Origin: Neodothiora populina
Lineage: Eukaryota
Direction of reading: 5' to 3'
Assembly: GCF_041146345.1 (NCBI RefSeq)
Contig: NW_027191409.1
Location: 496,001-560,000, forward strand
Length of the DNA stretch: 64,000 nucleotides
The position numbers and the translations under genes are program-made. Positions 61,467 to 64,000 of the stretch are shown here, one piece after another; within the stretch, counting starts at the first letter, position 1, and every line of letters begins with the position of its first letter. Under the pieces are notes generated by a model. That model made no database searches. It was not told the origin of the DNA and saw only the letters and a list, made by a program, of their open reading frames with translations.

Positions 61467-62638
61467 CTATTGGAAGTTCACAAAGGCTCCTCCGTCAACA
61501 AGTATTTGGGATCCGGTCACGTAACCTGATAGATCCGATGCGAGGAAGACTGCCGGGCCCGCGAGATCCTGCTTAGGCGTTAGTGATCCATTTCCAGCGT
61601 TGTTGTGACCATCGAGAAGCAGGAGTGAGTAGGTGACACATAAACAAGGAAGCGAAATGGAGAAAAGGCAAAGCAGAACAACGCAGGGGGAAAACTCACA
61701 TGCGGCACGCCCAACCTCCTCAACGGCACCCGTCCCTCCATATACCTCAACTTCCCCTCATCGCTAAGATCTTCCTCATTCAACGCCGTCCTGATCGTCC
61801 CGGGAAGCAGCGCATTACACCTGATCCCATAAGGTCCCAACGCACACGCACAGCTTTGGATCAGCGACGAGACGCCCGCTTTGGTCGGCGTGTAATGCGT
61901 CTGTCCTGCTCCGCCTACTAGGGCGCTGATGCTTGAGATGCCGATGATGGAGCCGCCTTGGGGGGTTTGTGAGACCATTTGGCGCGCTGCTGCTTGGATT
62001 GCGAGGAAGGCGCCGGTCAGGTTGATGTCGATTGTGGATTTTAGGAGGTCCGGGGGGAGGCTGTGGGGTTTAGAATGTTTGGTCAATGTCTTGGATATGA
62101 TAGTGTTGTGCGTTTCTGGTGTTCTTGTGTTTGCTTCGATTCCATCTTTCTGTGTCTCGGGTGTGGGAATGGCTCTGGTCCCCAGGGAGAGGAAACTCAA
62201 GTCCACTCGCCCCATCACCGCACACCATTCATACAAGAGAAAGGAACCCCAACCAAAAAGCGAACGTAAGTAAAGAAGACGTAGGAAAGATACTCACCTC
62301 AGAAACTCCGCAAATTGGCACACGCCAGCATTATTAACAAAAACATCCAACCTGCCCCATTTCCGCACCACCGCATCAATAAACCCCGTCCCCGTCTCGA
62401 CCTTGGACACATCCCCCGCGAAACCAATGAGTCTGCTTCTTCTCTCATCTGCGTCGTCGCCATCGCCGCCGACTTCTTGCACGAGTGACTCGAATGCGGC
62501 TTCGGATGCTGCGTCGGGGTAGTAGTTCACGGCTACTTTTGCGCCTTGTCGGATGTATTCGAGGGCTATTGCGCGGCCGATGCCGGTCACGGCGCCGGTT
62601 ATTGCTGTTACTTTTTCGTGCAGCAGGGCGGGTGACAT
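61467..62638 (-). CDS. LRA1: L-rhamnose 1-dehydrogenase (SDR); introns 62061-62297, 61569-61699
   Basis: TGAVTGIGRAIA, SSISALVGGAGQTHYTPTKAG, CNALLPGTIRT, DGGAFVNFQ*. Confidence 0.85.
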
Positions 62639-63567
62639 GTTTGTTTGTTATTGGGGTTGGATTATGGGGATGCTTGGTTACTTCTTTCGGGTTCGAATAT
62701 GCGTGTGAGAGATCCAGAGAGGAGAGGAAGAGTGAGCAAGTGGATCGAGTCACTTGGGAATAACAATGAGGCAGGCAGCTATATCATATCAAGTATGATC
62801 CGTGGTCTGATGTCTTGCGATTGACAACCGATATACCTTATCCCGGGGCCTCGTGTGTCTCTTTAGGTTCGTTTTGTAGGAAGCAACAAGAATAACGCAG
62901 GAGAAGATCACGACCAGGTGTCTTTCGGCACCTTCGCTGTTCTTTATCCATTTCTATATAGTCGACTTACTAACTTCCTCGCTCGGACTCTGTTCCCCGT
63001 GTTCCCCCAGGAAAAAGTCGCGGTCATGGTGGAGTGTGGTTTTGGTTTTCCCCACATCTCGGGGTAATGAGTACCGTGAGGAGCGAGAGCGAGTGACTGG
63101 GTGATGGGCTGGCCGTCTCGGATTGTTCGAGTAATTCCTTGCATCTCTAACAGGAGCAGGGTGCCTTCTCTGTCTTTTCCCTTCTTGGTAGCCGCTTCTG
63201 TGCGACTGTGTTTGTAGTTGAGAAGGTTTCGGTGTGGTGTGTGTATACTGTATTAATTTTGGAAACCTGTTCATTGATATCAATCACTTCCATAATACTA
63301 CAGCGAGTATAGACTCAAGAATACAGTGACCTCTCGTATAGAAGTCACCACTTTGGATTTTCCAGATCAAGGATCCGGAGACACAATGGCTGAACGCAGT
63401 ACGTAGGTCACAAGTCTGATTGCGTGAAGAACAATTGAAAAGATGAGGGCATAATCACTTAGGTAGACCACTTCGATTGCGATAGTATTCTACGAATTAA
63501 TCGGGATAAGGGGGACCCTGTCCATACTGCAGATTTCTAGATATCATGATGCTCCTCCCGTATACAC

Positions 63568-64000
63568 TCAATCGTCGAAGCCACCGAATTCGCCTTCCGA
63601 GCCCGAGCCAACTTCTTCACGCTGCTGATTCTTGCTTGCGGCCACGGCCCCTTTCCTGTTGTTTTCCATCTTCCTGATATAACCACTCTTGGTACTGATG
63701 CGAGTCTTGCCGGCGCCCGTCTTGGTGTCTTTGCCAGTGGCAGATCTCCTCGACTCGATTCCACGCTTCTTGAGCTGTTGCCTGTCACGTTTACTCGGAG
63801 TGGGCAAGGCGTCGAGCAGCCATTGTTGTACATCTTTCGAGCTTCCTGTCGAACCCCGGAGCTTTTGGCTTGCCGCTATAAGATTGGCCACGGTCTTGAT
63901 GGTGGCAACATCGTCGTCGGTGTAGTATGTAAGCGCGACACCACCTTCCCTGCCTGCTCTGCCGGTTCGTCCGACGCGATGGACGTATGCCGCCGCGGAC
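63568..64000 (-). CDS. ROK1: DEAD-box RNA helicase Rok1/DDX52, C-terminal part (gene continues beyond window)
   Basis: Motif VI YVHRVGRTGRAGREGG followed by QQWLLDALP...SKRDRQQLKKRG...RISTKSGY. Confidence 0.85.
   Translation of the reverse strand, partial: SAAAYVHRVGRTGRAGREGGVALTYYTDDDVATIKTVANLIAASQKLRGSTGSSKDVQQWLLDALPTPSKRDRQQLKKRGIESRRSATGKDTKTGAGKTRISTKSGYIRKMENNRKGAVAASKNQQREEVGSGSEGEFGGFDD

Noticed and set aside
1..64000. Secondary-metabolite cluster, transposase, tRNA or rRNA genes
   Set aside because: No PKS/NRPS, transposase, reverse transcriptase, cloverleaf or rRNA signatures recognised by eye; short ncRNAs could have been missed.

Overview
Gene-dense, intron-containing chromosomal DNA from a filamentous ascomycete (Pezizomycotina). 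The evidence is GT-AG introns with CTRAY branch points and fungal protein families; the exact taxon cannot be determined here. About 24 protein-coding genes are supported: a large-subunit catalase, MDM12, an MCH-type MFS transporter, an INO4-like bHLH, a Munc13/C2 protein, a choline/amino-acid permease, xylitol dehydrogenase, U5 snRNP 40K WD40, BET3, SOM1/FLO8, UTP11, an HSD17B10-like SDR, a CMC1-like twin-CX9C protein, an SP-RING (zf-MIZ) protein, BOI/Pob1, L-rhamnose 1-dehydrogenase, partial ROK1 and several hypothetical proteins. I saw no tRNA, rRNA, transposase or CRISPR-Cas. The most unusual structure is that the catalase gene is bracketed by two degenerate repeat arrays sharing a ~20-nt core in inverted orientation: a 22-nt-period array upstream and a 64-79-nt-period array downstream. 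Other signals missed by the ORF track are a spliced C-terminal CaaX box on an uncharacterised protein, an out-of-frame SUMO-interacting tail on the SP-RING gene, three NAGNAG acceptors in SOM1 and a recurrent intergenic AGGTAAGGTA motif. Intron coordinates were read by eye; no database searches were run.
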